This document shows, piece after piece, positions 1 through 10,467 of a stretch of DNA of 64,000 nucleotides. Numbering within the stretch: the stretch's first letter is position 1; each line of letters opens with the position of its first letter. The translations under genes were made by a program, and so were the position numbers. Location of the stretch: positions 124,001 through 188,000 of the forward strand of contig NIVC01001837.1 of assembly GCA_002269645.1 (NCBI GenBank). The letters run 5' to 3'. A model generated the notes under the pieces. It saw only the letters and a program-made list of their open reading frames with translations, was not told where the DNA came from and did not search any database. This DNA comes from Macrostomum lignano (lineage: Eukaryota).

Positions 1-303
1 AAATATTAGAGAAGTAAGCTCATTCTCAGTTAAAAAGCGATTGAAATACGGTTTTATCTGTATCTTTTGGTATAGTTAGAATTTTACATGTAAGGACATT
101 GCCCTCTGTTACTTTTTAAATTTGAGTGAGCTTTGCGTTTTTACTTGACGACTTCATGGTGACCTTTACTCTTAATAAAATCAGCGTAGGAGTACCGGTA
201 TCTCAGCTGTAACTCATTTTTCCACGATTCACTGTCTAAACGCACAATTTACATGTAGTTCGCAGTTCTTTAACCCACAATTTCCACACAGCTATTTTTC
301 ATC

Positions 304-410
304 ATGAGTCTGAGTAGAAACCTGGATTGCAACTTCGACTTAGACCAAGAAGTTCAGCAACACGGAATCCTGAGTATTCGAGGAGACATTCCAACAAAGT
401 GGCAGAAAAG
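304..410 (+). CDS. PLEKHD1: PLEKHD1-like PH-domain/coiled-coil protein, exon 1
   Basis: ATG at 304; MSLSRNLDCNFDLDQEVQQHGILSIRGDIPTKWQK; donor AAG|gtaaac at 411, phase 2. Joins exon 2 to give the PH beta1-beta2 pattern GILSIRG..KWQKRFCIVKDSFLL, which resembles vertebrate PLEKHD1 as recalled. Confidence 0.8.
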
Positions 411-1201
411 GTAAACTCATTAGTTGTTGCACGTATCTGCCGATCGTGCTTTCTTAATGACTAATGGTAAACTTTGCTTGCTTTTATATTCTGATTTAGC
501 TGCACCGTACTCGTAGTTTTGGCCATTTAAATAGTTTCCGCACAAAAACCTCGATCCTTAACAATTACAAGGCGAAAATGCATGACATTACGACATTGAG
601 TTCTTTTTATGCACTTCAGCTTGTATTAACAAACAGAAAATCGTGTTTTTAGCCTTCATAGTAGCAATTATTAGGCTAAAAAACTGAACTCATCGCGAAC
701 ATTTTATCACTATGACATGCATTCAGAAGTTCCATACAAAACTTTTCCATTTTTAAATTCTATGAAGCCGTGTGTACATGCACAGCTGCTCCAATAAAAT
801 TTTTGCTCATTTAAACCGAATTTACAAGAAAATGGTTGTTGACCTGTGCATAACTTGCAACTGCAAAATTCAGACATAGCTGGTGCATAGGTATGTAAAC
901 AATCCCTCTATTAATCTGGGCCCTGTCAGATGAATCTATGCTTGAAGCAGTTTGCGCTTGAATTTGGCTAGCAGCACACTGCACTCGGCGGGTATTTCCG
1001 GTGGTCGAATGAAGGCCTCGCCTACTTCTTCTTTATCTTTTCTGCCTGTTCAAATTAATCATTTATTAAACTGCCGGCATAGCCAAGGCAGTTAACTACT
1101 GCTACAGCAGCCTACTCTTGTTTTATTGATGTCGCCTAATAATTGGGCTGACTACTTTCTTTTACCTAGGAAATTTCGAAAGCAAGCTGCTACATCTTGC
1201 C

Positions 1202-2630
1202 CAGTTCATTCAGATGGCTGCTACCCCCCCCCCGGTTCATTAATTCAGATGGCTGCTACCTCATCCCCCCATATCATTCAGATGGCTGCTTACCCCATCC
1301 CCCATATCATTCAGATGGCTGCTTACCCCATCCCCCCATATCATTCAGATGGCTGCTACCCCATCCCCTCAGTTCATTCAGATGGCTGCTACCCCATCCC
1401 CCCATATCATTCAGATGGCTGCTACCCCATCCCCTCAGTTCATTCAGATGGCTGCTTACCCCATCCCCCCATATCATTCAGATGGCTGCTACCCCATCCC
1501 CTCAGTTCATTCAGATGGCTGCTACCCCATCCCCCCATATCATTCAGATGGCTGCTACCCCATCCCCTCAGTTCATTCAGATGGCTGCTACCCCATCCCC
1601 CATATCATTCAGATGGCTGCTACCCCATCCCCTCAGTTCATTCAGATGGCTGCTACTCCATCCCCCCATATCATTCAGATGGCTGCTACCCCATCCCCTC
1701 AGTTCATTCAGATGGCTGCTACCCCATCCCCTCAGTTCATTCAAATGGCTGCTTACCCCATCCCCCCATATCATTCAGATGGCTGCTACCCCATCCCCTC
1801 AGTTCATTCAGATGGCTGCTACCCCATCCCCTCAGTTCATTCAGATGGCTGCTACCCCATCCCCTCAGTTCATTCAGATGGCTGCTACCCCATCCCCCCA
1901 TATCATTCAGATGGCTGCTACCCCATCCCCTCAGTTCATTCAGATGGCTGCTACCCCATCCCCTCAGTTCATTCAAATGGCTGCTTACCCCATCCCCCCA
2001 TATCATTCAGATGGCTGCTACCCCATCCCCCCATATCATTCAGATGGCTGCTACCCCATCCCCTCAGTTCATTCAGATGGCTGCTACCCCATCCCCCCAT
2101 ATCATTCAGATGGCTGCTACCCCATCCCCCATATCATTCAGATGGCTGCTACCCCATCCCCTCAGTTCATTCAGATGGCTGCTACCCCATCCCCCCATAT
2201 CATTCAGATGGCTGCTACCCCATCCCCTCAGTTCATTCAGATGGCTGCTACCCCATCCCCTCAGTTCATTCAGATGGCTGCTTACCCCATCCCCAATTTC
2301 ATTAATTCAGATGGCTGCTACCCCATCCCCTCAGTTTATTCAGATGGCTGCTACCCCATCCCCTCAGTTTATTCAGATGGCTGCTACCCCATCCCCCATA
2401 TCATTCAGATGGCTGCTACCCCATCCCCCCATATCATTCAGATAGCTGCTACCCCATCCCCCCATATCATTCAGATAGCTGCTACCCCATCCCCCCATAT
2501 CATTCAGATGGCTGCTACCCCATCCCCTCAGTTTATTAATTCAGATGGCTGCTACCCCATCCCCTCAGTTTATTAATTCAGATGGCTGCTACCCCATCCC
2601 CCCATTTTATTCAGACGGCTGCTACCCCAT
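1202..2630. repeat. ~32-33 bp minisatellite (cattcagatggctgctaccccatcccctcagtt) in PLEKHD1 intron 1
   Basis: Visible tandem units with two alternating variants; source of spurious ORFs 1126-2576. Confidence 0.95.
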
Positions 2631-2709
2631 CCCTCGCCCCCAAATCGATTGACTCTTAATACTCGGTAAAGAAGCTCAAACAGAATGCTGAGCTGCAACG
2701 TGCCCTCAG

Positions 2710-2803
2710 ATTCTGCATAGTGAAGGACAGCTTCTTGCTTATCTTTAAGGATGATGAAGCCGCTCGGATTAAGAAGTCTTCCTACTTTAATATCAAATCT
2801 CTG
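2710..2803 (+). CDS. PLEKHD1: PLEKHD1-like exon 2 (PH domain)
   Basis: ctcag| acceptor, |gtgagt donor; FCIVKDSFLLIFKDDEAARIKKSSYFNIKSL; phase 2 to 0. Confidence 0.85.
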
Positions 2804-2887
2804 GTGAGTTCACAAGAGAGAATTCAGCCTTCTGCTGTTATAAAAGTGCAAAAATCTTGGCTACAAACCGCTCGCTATCTTCCCCAG

Positions 2888-2977
2888 GGAGTAATTCCTC
2901 TGGGAGACTGTCTGGTCAGCCCCTACAGCGACCAGACTACATCCCACGGGATCGAGATCACAGCCTACAGCAGTCAG
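2888..2977 (+). CDS. PLEKHD1: PLEKHD1-like exon 3 (PH domain; ends at non-canonical CAG|GAAAGT donor)
   Basis: ccccag| acceptor; GVIPLGDCLVSPYSDQTTSHGIEITAYSSQ matches PLEKHD1 GVIPLGGCLVEP; a phase-0 end is required by exon 4. Confidence 0.75.
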
Positions 2978-3078
2978 GAAAGTTTCTTTACCTGAACTCA
3001 TTGCCATTGCTTTGCTAAAACAATCAAAATTGAGGTTTTGATGAATTTTTCCAATGCCGCTTGTTGCCCAAATTTCAG

Positions 3079-3155
3079 ATGAGGATGATCATTTCCTGCG
3101 ATTCGCGAAGCCAGCAGCTCAGTTGGATTCGAGTCTTCTCTGATGCGGCTAGGCT
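3079..3155 (+). CDS. PLEKHD1: PLEKHD1-like exon 4 (PH C-terminal helix with conserved Trp)
   Basis: tttcag| acceptor, |gtgaga donor; MRMIISCDSRSQQLSWIRVFSDAARL; phase 0 to 2. Confidence 0.8.
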
Positions 3156-3182
3156 GTGAGATTCCGCATTGCCTTGAAGCTG

Positions 3183-4405
3183 GATGGGGATCTCAAAGTG
3201 GAAATGGGATCTCAGTGTGGGGATGGGGATCTCAAAGCGGAAATGGGATCTGAGTGTCGGGATGGGGATCTCAAAGTGGAAATGGGATCTCAGTGTGGAG
3301 ATGGGATCTCAGTGTAGAAATGGGATCTCAGTGTGGGGATGGGGATCTCAATGTGGGGATGAAGATCTCAGTGTGGAGATGGGGATCTCAATGTGGGGAT
3401 GGGGATCTCAATGTGGGGATGGAGATCTCAGTGTGGAGATGGGGATCTCAGTGTGGAGATGGGGATCTCAGTGTGGGGATGGGGATCTCAGTGTGGGGAT
3501 GGAGATCTCAGTGTGGAGATGGTATCTCAGTGTGGAGATGGGGATCTCAATGTGGGGATGGAGATCTCAGTGTGGAGATGGGGATCTCAGTGTGGAGATG
3601 GTATCTCAGTGTGGGGATGGGGATCTCAGTATAGAAATGGGATCTCAGTGTGGAGGTGGGGATCTCAGTGTGGGGATGGGGATCTCAGTGTGGGGATGGG
3701 GATCTCAATGTGGGGATGGAGATCTCAGTGTGGAGATGGGGATCTCAATGTGGGGATGGAGACCTCAGTGTGGAGATGGGGATCTCAGTGTGGAGATAAG
3801 GATCTCAGTGTGGGGATGGAGATCTCAGTGTGGAGATGGGGATCTCAGTGTGGAGATGGTATCTCAGTGTGGCGATGGGGATCTCAGTATAGAAATGGGA
3901 TCTCAGTGTGGAGATGGGGATCTCAGTGTGGGGATGGGGATCTCAGTGTGGGGATGGGGATCTCAATGTGGGGATGGAGATCTCAGTGTGGAGATGGGGA
4001 TCTCAGTGTGGAGATGGGGATCTCAATGTGGGGATGGAGATCTCAGTGTGGGGATGGGGATCTCAATGTGGGGATGGGGATCTCAGTGTGGAGATGGGGA
4101 TCTCAGTGTGGAGATGGTATCTCAGTGTGGGGATGGGGATCTCAGTATGGAAATGGGATCTCAGTGTGGAGATGGGGATCTCAGTGTGGAGATGGGGATC
4201 ATAGTGTGGAGATGGGGATCTCAGTGTGGAGATGGGGATCTCAGTGTGGAGATGGGGATCTCAGTGTGGAGATGGGGATCTCAGTGTGGAGTTAGGGATC
4301 TCAGTGTGGAGATAGGGATCTCAGTGTGGAGAAGGGGATCTCAGTGTGGAGTTAGGGATCTCAGTGTGGAGATAGGGATCTCAGTGTGGAGAAGGGGATC
4401 TCAGT
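3183..4405. repeat. 20-bp G-rich minisatellite (gtgtggagatggggatctca) filling PLEKHD1 intron 4
   Basis: Direct tandem units with 18-bp variants. Confidence 0.95.
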
Positions 4406-4431
4406 TTATGACTCGATTCGAACGCTTCCAG

Positions 4432-4523
4432 AACTCGGTGCAACTTTCAAATATCTGAGCAGCTGATCACCACCCTGGAGTCGCAGGGCTTGGAGAAGAT
4501 AAGCTTGTCGGAAAAGTACAAAA
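4432..4523 (+). CDS. PLEKHD1: PLEKHD1-like exon 5
   Basis: cttccag| and |gtatgt; TRCNFQISEQLITTLESQGLEKISLSEKYK resembles PLEKHD1 EAMIKSLEAQGLQ; phase 2 to 1. Confidence 0.8.
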
Positions 4524-4627
4524 GTATGTGGCTCCATTTTGGTTTTTCCAAATTGCTTAACGATTACAGTGATTCTGTTTCAATAATCCTGATAAATATG
4601 CTATTTATCGAGCTTACTTTGTTGCAG

Positions 4628-4680
4628 AGCTGTTCGAAAACGAGTCTATTAAACGGCAAAACAAAGAGGAAGAGGCCTCG
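4628..4680 (+). CDS. PLEKHD1: PLEKHD1-like exon 6
   Basis: ttgcag| and |gtgagc; KLFENESIKRQNKEEEAS; phase 1 to 0. Confidence 0.75.
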
Positions 4681-4770
4681 GTGAGCCTGGCTGCTGACAA
4701 GCAATGTCTTGAAGCTGTCAGACCTCAGCAGCTCTGACTGGTTACCCGCCCCCTCGCCACTCAATTCCAG

Positions 4771-5152
4771 AAGCTGCTGTCGGACTTCGACCAGCTGCGG
4801 CTCGAGAAGCAGTCGATCGAGTCGAGCTCCGCGAGATCGAAGCCGAACTGGCGACTGTGCGCGGCGCCTCTGCCTCCGAGCTCGCCGTCGTGGAAGAAGA
4901 GATGGAAGCGGAGGCCTCCGCAGGTGAGATTGTTAAAGAAGAAGACAACGAGAAGACGGAGGCGGAGCATGAGGCTGAGGCTGAGGATGATTCGGCCACC
5001 GTTGCCAAGGAGGAGGCGGACGCGGCTCGGAAGGCCCTGGCCAGCCAGCTGGAGTCGGAGCGGGCAGCCTTCAGCCGGCAGGCGGCCGAGTTAGCGGCCT
5101 CCCTGGCCAGTCTGGCCGAGGAGCAGCGGGCACGGCGGACGGCCGAGGCCAG
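4771..5152 (+). CDS. PLEKHD1: PLEKHD1-like exon 7 (coiled coil; 1-nt frameshift near 4822)
   Basis: ttccag| and AG|gtgagc; KLLSDFDQLRLEKQSIE, then a frame change to ELREIEAELATVRG...EEQRARRTAEAR. Confidence 0.65.
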
Positions 5153-5344
5153 GTGAGCGCAGCTGGCTAGAAGAGTTCGCCTACTGATAGTAGCCAGTGT
5201 GGAATGCGACTGCGAAGGCTGCATTGAGTATCGATTGCTTAGCTTGAACACTTATTGACGGTTGATTTTTTAAAAGTTGACCATTCAGAATTCACTCTAT
5301 TGTTGAGGCAGGGATATGCCTTTTGTGATCAGGGCTGTTTATTA

Positions 5345-5770
5345 TGGAGGGTCATCAGGGAGGGTCATCAGGGAGGGTCATCAGGGAGGGTCATCAGGGA
5401 GGGTTATCATGAAGGGTCATCAGGGAGGGTTATCATGGAGGGTCATCAGGGAAGTTATCAGGGAGGGTCATCAGGGAAGTTTATCAGGGAGGGTCATCAG
5501 GGAGGGTTATCATGGAGGGTCATCAGGGAGGGTCTTCAGGGAGGGTCATCAGGGAGGGTCTTCAGGGAGGGTCATCAGGGAGGGTCTTCAGGGAGGGTCA
5601 TCAGGGAAGTTTATCAGGGAGGGTCATCAGGGAGGGTCATCAGGGAAGTTTATCAGGGAGGGTCTTCAGGGAGGGTCATCAGGGAAGTTTATCAGGGAGG
5701 GTCATCAGGGAGTTTTAGCAGGAAGTGTCGTCAGGGAGGGTCATCAGTGAAGGTTTATCATGGAGGGTTA
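5345..5770. repeat. 13-bp-based minisatellite (ggagggtcatcag) in PLEKHD1 intron 7
   Basis: Direct tandem units. Confidence 0.9.
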
Positions 5771-5840
5771 TCAAAAGAGTTATCGGTGTGGGTTTGAATA
5801 TTCCTACAGTGGTTAAAAATCTACTCCCTCCACTAAATAG

Positions 5841-6120
5841 ACTGGCGGAGGCGGAGGCGAGCCTCTCCCGCCTGCACGGCTGCATAGCTGGTGAGCAGAC
5901 CAGCTACACGCCGCAGGAGAAGCAGGAGATGACCTCCGACGTGCGCCAGTTGAAGAGCTATTTTGAAAGCCTGAGCGGCTGCGTGGGCGGCCCCAGAGGA
6001 TCAGTCGAAGATCGGCAACAGCAACCAAAAGCTGTGCGAGAGCGGGCCAGGCGCCTTCTGGAGCAGCGCCGGTCGCGTCTGGCGCCAGCTGACCAGTCAG
6101 CATCTCGGCTCGATGTGTAA
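5841..6120 (+). CDS. PLEKHD1: PLEKHD1-like exon 8 (last, with stop)
   Basis: aaatag| acceptor; RLAEAEASLSRL...MTSDVRQLKSYFE resembles PLEKHD1 RLREAEGALRSL...MRADVSHLKRFFE; TAA at 6118-6120. Confidence 0.8.
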
Positions 6121-6254
6121 GGCTGGGTTTCGCCATCAGCCTGCCGGACTGGTGGCGATGTGACAACACCTTGCTAATCAATAAAGTGCTGCCCCTTTTA
6201 CATGTACCTGTAGTTATGTGCTGCTTCAATATGCTTGGGCTTTTGGGACCTGCC

Positions 6255-6515
6255 GCTTGGCGGTGGGTGTTTTAGGGTGGTTGATTGAGGTGGTGGGCGT
6301 TTGGGGTGGTGGGCGTTTGGGGTGGTGGGCGTTTGGGGTGGTGGGCGTTTGGGATGGTGGGCGTTTGGGATGGTGGGCGTTTGGGGTGGTGGGCTGTTGG
6401 ATTGGGTTTTTCCGGTGGTGGGTGTTTTGGAGAGGTGGGTGATTGGGGTGTATATTTGGGGTGGCGGTATTTGGGGTTGTGGATACTTGGGGTGGTGGGC
6501 GTTTGGGGTCGTGGG
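6255..6515. repeat. G-rich degenerate minisatellite (ggtggtgggcgtttgg)
   Basis: Direct tandem units downstream of the PLEKHD1 stop. Confidence 0.8.
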
Positions 6516-7120
6516 TGCTTGGCGTTGTGTGCCTGTGACAAGTAGTTTTTGCTGAGCGTTTTGATACTTGGTTTCAGAGTGGCTGAATTTGATAGCTCGT
6601 AATGAGCCAATCAGTCTCCAATTCAGCCAACCGCACTTTGAAGCTTTCTCATAACTTCTACAGTGCATCTTTCTATTTCTACCGTTTTTAGCTGTACTCG
6701 TAATTTAACCCGTTTCTGAGCAACTCTGTTTTCTGTGTTTTTACAATAATTAGTGTAACGTTTTTTTGCTACCAGATCTTCCCAGGCTGCTGCTCAAAGA
6801 CAGTCGTTTTAAATCGAACGGTGCTTACAAAAGAAATCCGCCCCTCTTCTTCTCCCGATGAGTCTAAAACTTTGAGTAGCCTCTTTAGCAAGTTGACGAA
6901 GCTGACAAATTTTGTTAATCTTTGTTTTTTAGCCGAGTTCTTGTTGCAAATAATTGCTAGCACTAGCGCAACAAATTAGTTTCGTGATTAATACACTGCT
7001 TCAATACAGAAATTCATTAACAGGTGTTTAGCCATTTTACTGGTATATTTATCCCAATCCGCATAGCCAGGCATAAGCCGGGGAAAAGGCATGAAGTCAT
7101 GGGAAAATGGAGTCATTAGA

Positions 7121-7557
7121 GGAATCATTGAGTCACCAGGGGAATCATTGAGTCACCAGGGGAATCATTGAGTCACCAGGGGAATCATTGAGTCACCAGG
7201 GGAATCATTGAGTCACCAGGGGAATCATTGAGTCACCAGGGGAATCATTGAGTCACCAGGGGAATCATTGAGTCACCAGGGGAATCATTGAGTCACCAGG
7301 GGAATCATTGAGTCACCAGGGGAATCATTGAGTCACCAGGGGAATCATTGAGTCACCAGGGGAATCATTGAGTCACCAGGGGAATCATTGAGTCACCAGG
7401 GGAATCATTGAGTCACCAGGGGAATCATTGAGTCACCAGAGGAATCATTGAGTCACCAGGGGAATCATTGAGTCACCAGGGGAATCATTGAGTCACCAGG
7501 GGAATCATTGAGTCACCAGGGGAATCATTGAGTCACCAGGGGAATCATTGAGTCACC
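7121..7557. repeat. 20-bp near-perfect minisatellite (ggaatcattgagtcaccagg) x22, each unit containing TGAGTCA
   Basis: Exact 20-bp period; one variant base at 7440. Confidence 0.95.
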
Positions 7558-7566
7558 ATGAGGCCA

Positions 7567-8075
7567 TCAATTCAATTCATCAGTAACGCCCGGATGCCTT
7601 GACCGCCGGTGCCTTTCGAGGTCCCGCCGGCGCACCAGCACCTTGCCGCAGAGGCCGCACCGGTAGGGCGAGTCTCCGAGCGCGTGCAGCCTGGCGTGCT
7701 TGTTGAGGTTACTCGGATCGCCGAATGGCCGCTGGCAGACGTGGCAGCGCAGCGGCTTAAAGCCGGTATGAGTGCGCAGGTGAATTTTGAGCCCGTAGCG
7801 CCTTGAGTAGGCTTTGCCGCAGTAGCCGCACAGGTGCCGGCCCTCGGAACCGGAAGCGGCCTTGCTGGTGACAACCGCTGTTCCGGAAGTCTCCGAAGTC
7901 GGAGTCTGCTGTAGAGATGGGAGCCTAGCAACGGTTGTTGGGAGAATAAACGGCTGTAGCAGAGCCAGCAGCGGCAGAGCTTGCATTGGCTGGCACCGGC
8001 GCATCAGGTGAGCCTTGAGCACGTTGGCGTAGCGGAACCTCCGCCAGCACTGGTGGCATTGGTAGCAACTGTAGT
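7567..8075 (-). CDS. PRDM13: PRDM13-like, exon 3 (first zinc finger plus three C-terminal C2H2 fingers)
   Basis: ccgcag| acceptor; CHQCWRRFRYANVLKAHL and HLCGYCGKAYSRRYGLKIHLRTHTGFKPLRCHVCQRPFGDPSNLNKHARLH...CGKVLVRRRDLERH are nearly identical to the PRDM13 fingers as recalled; TGA at 7569-7567. Confidence 0.92.
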
Positions 8076-8132
8076 CTGCGGATTGGCGTTTGATGATGCT
8101 GACATTTTCTCATTGTTGGACCCAGATACGCA

Positions 8133-8716
8133 GCCATGGACAGCTAGGACAGGGGTGCTGCAGTGGCGGCACATCTAGCCATGGACAGCTAGGACAGGGG
8201 TGCTGCAGTGGCGGCACATCTAGCCATGGACAGCTGGGACAGGGGTGCTGCAGTGGCGGCACATCTAGCCATGGACAGCTGGGACAGGGGTGCTGCAGTG
8301 GCGGCCCATCTAGCCATGGACAGCTGGGGCAGGCGTGCTGCAGTGGCGGCACATCTAGCCATGGACAGCTGGGACAGGCGTGCTGCAGTGGCGGCACATC
8401 TAGCCATGGACAGCTGGGACAGGGGTGCTGCAGTGGCGGCCCATCTAGCCATGGACAGCTAGGACAGGGGCAGCTGCAGTGGCGGTCCATCTAGCCATGG
8501 ACAGCTGGGACAGGGGTGCTGCAGTGGCGGCACATCTAGCCATGGACAGCTAGGACAGGGGCAGCTGCAGTGGCGGCACATCTAGCCATGGACAGCTAGG
8601 ACAGGGGCAGCTGCAGTGGCGGCACATCTAGCCATGGACAGCTAGGACAGGGGTGCTGCAGTGGCGGCCCATCTAGCCATGGACAGCTGGGACAGGGGTG
8701 CTGCAGTGGCAGCCCA
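8133..8716. repeat. 45-bp minisatellite filling PRDM13 intron 2
   Basis: atctagccatggacagctgggacaggggtgctgcagtggcggcac units. Confidence 0.95.
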
Positions 8717-8754
8717 TAGCTACTTATAGACGATATCAGCAGTCAGCCACTCAC

Positions 8755-8992
8755 CAAGGATGTTCTTGGCGGTGAGCGCGGGCACGCCCAAGCCCAGAGC
8801 GGACGAGTCGGCGAACCAAACCAGCAGCTGCTCCCCAACCCGGATGTCTCGCGTGGTCCGCAGGCGGAAGCCGCCAGCCGCAGCCTGCAGCTCCACGTTC
8901 TGCTCAGAGCGGTCGCGAGCTCCCTGGAGGTGGCGGGCCCAGTCTGCCCCGGTTGGCTCCACCAAGGATTGGCCGTCGGGTGCCAGGTGCAC
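8755..8992 (-). CDS. PRDM13: PRDM13-like, exon 2 (PR/SET domain core)
   Basis: ttccag| and G|gtgagt; WARHLQGARDRSEQNVE...FRLRTTRDIRVGEQLLVWF is the PR-domain pattern; phase 0 to 1. Confidence 0.88.
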
Positions 8993-9044
8993 CTGGAAAT
9001 CAGGTGTTGGCTCTTTTTGCTTTCCTTCCTGAAGCTCTTGACTA

Positions 9045-9300
9045 TGCCTCTCTGTTCCCTCGAGTCCCTGAGTCTGCCTCTCTGTTCCCTCCAGTCCCTG
9101 AGTCTGCCTCTCTGTTCCCTCCAGTCCCTGAGTCTGCCTCTCTGTTCCCTCCAGTCCCTGAGTCTGCCTCTCTGTTCCCTCCAGTCCCTGAGTCTGCCTC
9201 TCTGTTCCCCCCAGTCCCTGAGTCCATGCCTCTCTGTTCCCTCCAGTCCCTGAGTCTGCCTCTGTTCCCTACAGTCCCTGAGTCTGCCTCTCCGCTCCCT
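9045..9300. repeat. 30-bp minisatellite filling PRDM13 intron 1
   Basis: tccctgagtctgcctctctgttccctccag units. Confidence 0.95.
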
Positions 9301-9309
9301 CAGCCTCAC

Positions 9310-9480
9310 CTGCAGCACCGCATCAACATGTCGATCATCCGCCAGAGTCCGCAGGAAGCCGAGCTGCAGGCGGGGCCCCGACAGGCAGCAGCCGGCACCG
9401 CACGGAACTGCCTCGGCAGCGGCCACCCCGAAGCGGCTTCGGCAGTTGATGCCGATGGCGTCGTCAATGCAGACAGACAT
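9310..9480 (-). CDS. PRDM13: PRDM13-like, exon 1 (PR domain N-part)
   Basis: ATG at 9480, CAG|gtgagg donor, 57 codons, phase 0. Joined CDS is 918 nt, 305 aa. Confidence 0.7.
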
Positions 9481-9837
9481 GCCGGATGTCGCAGAGCAAA
9501 TGGCAGTCCAAGCCTAGTTCACCACTCGGAGGTTTCTCGCCTTTGTCTTTCAACTTTTTTTCAGGCGGACAAAGCCTCGGCAGCTTGGATCGTTTAGGGA
9601 AGAAAATCCCCCGCGAGCCAATAGGAGGAGGGCTTCGAGCGGGGCTACGCATGTGGATTGGAGAGCTGAGCAAAGACAGCTCAAATTAAAAATTGAACTG
9701 GTTCGAGCTGCATTGTTTTCAAAATGAGTGTGCATTGTGCAATTGGCAAATGAGTTTGTAATTCATTCGCTTTTTCTAACGTTTGGCTGAAAATAAGGTT
9801 GATACTGAAGTAGAATAGAATGGAGACAGTAGGGCAG

Positions 9838-10467
9838 AGGAGACAGCGGAGAGGCGGGAGCGGAGACAGCGGAAATGGAAGCGGAGACAGCGGAAATGGA
9901 AATGGAGACAGCGGAGACAGCGGAAATGGAAGTGGAGACAGCGGAGACAGCGGAAATGGAAGCGGGGAAGCGGAGACAGCGGAAATGGAAGCGGAGACAG
10001 CGGAAAGCAGAAATGGAAGCGGAGACAGCGGAAATGGAAGCGGAGACAGCGGAAAGCAGAAATGGAAGCGGAGACAGCGGAAATGGAAGCGGAGACAGCG
10101 GAAAGCAGAAATGGAAGCGGAGACAGCGGAAATGGAAGCGGAGACAGCGGAAAGCAGAAATGGAAGCGGAGACAGCGGAAATGGAAGCGGAGACAGCGGA
10201 AATGGAAGCGGAGACAGCGGAAAGCAGAAATGGAAGCGGAGACAGCGGAAATGGAAGCGGAGACAGCGGAAATGGAAGCGGAGACAGCGGAAATGGAAGC
10301 GGAGACAGCGGAAATGGAAGCGGAGACAGCGGAAATGGAAGCGGAGACAGCGGAAATGGAAGCGGAGACAGCGGAAATGGAAGCGGAGACAGCGGAAATG
10401 GAAGCGGAGACAGCGGAAATGGAAGCGGAGACAGCGGAAATGGAAGCGGAGACAGCGGAGACAGCGG
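9838..10467. repeat. 21-bp purine-rich minisatellite (gcggagacagcggaaatggaa)
   Basis: Direct tandem units with 9-bp insertion variants. Confidence 0.95.

Noticed and set aside
499-531. Alternative acceptor after PLEKHD1 exon 1 (atttag|ctgcacc)
   Set aside because: Gives a stop within 10 codons; splicing to 2710 yields the intact PH domain.
1126-2576. Long ORFs of 318-459 aa on the plus strand
   Set aside because: They are translations of a minisatellite lying inside PLEKHD1 intron 1; open in all three frames only because the unit lacks stops.
7121-7557. CRISPR-like regular repeats here and in other arrays
   Set aside because: Units are directly adjacent with no unique spacers, there are no cas genes, and the context is eukaryotic.
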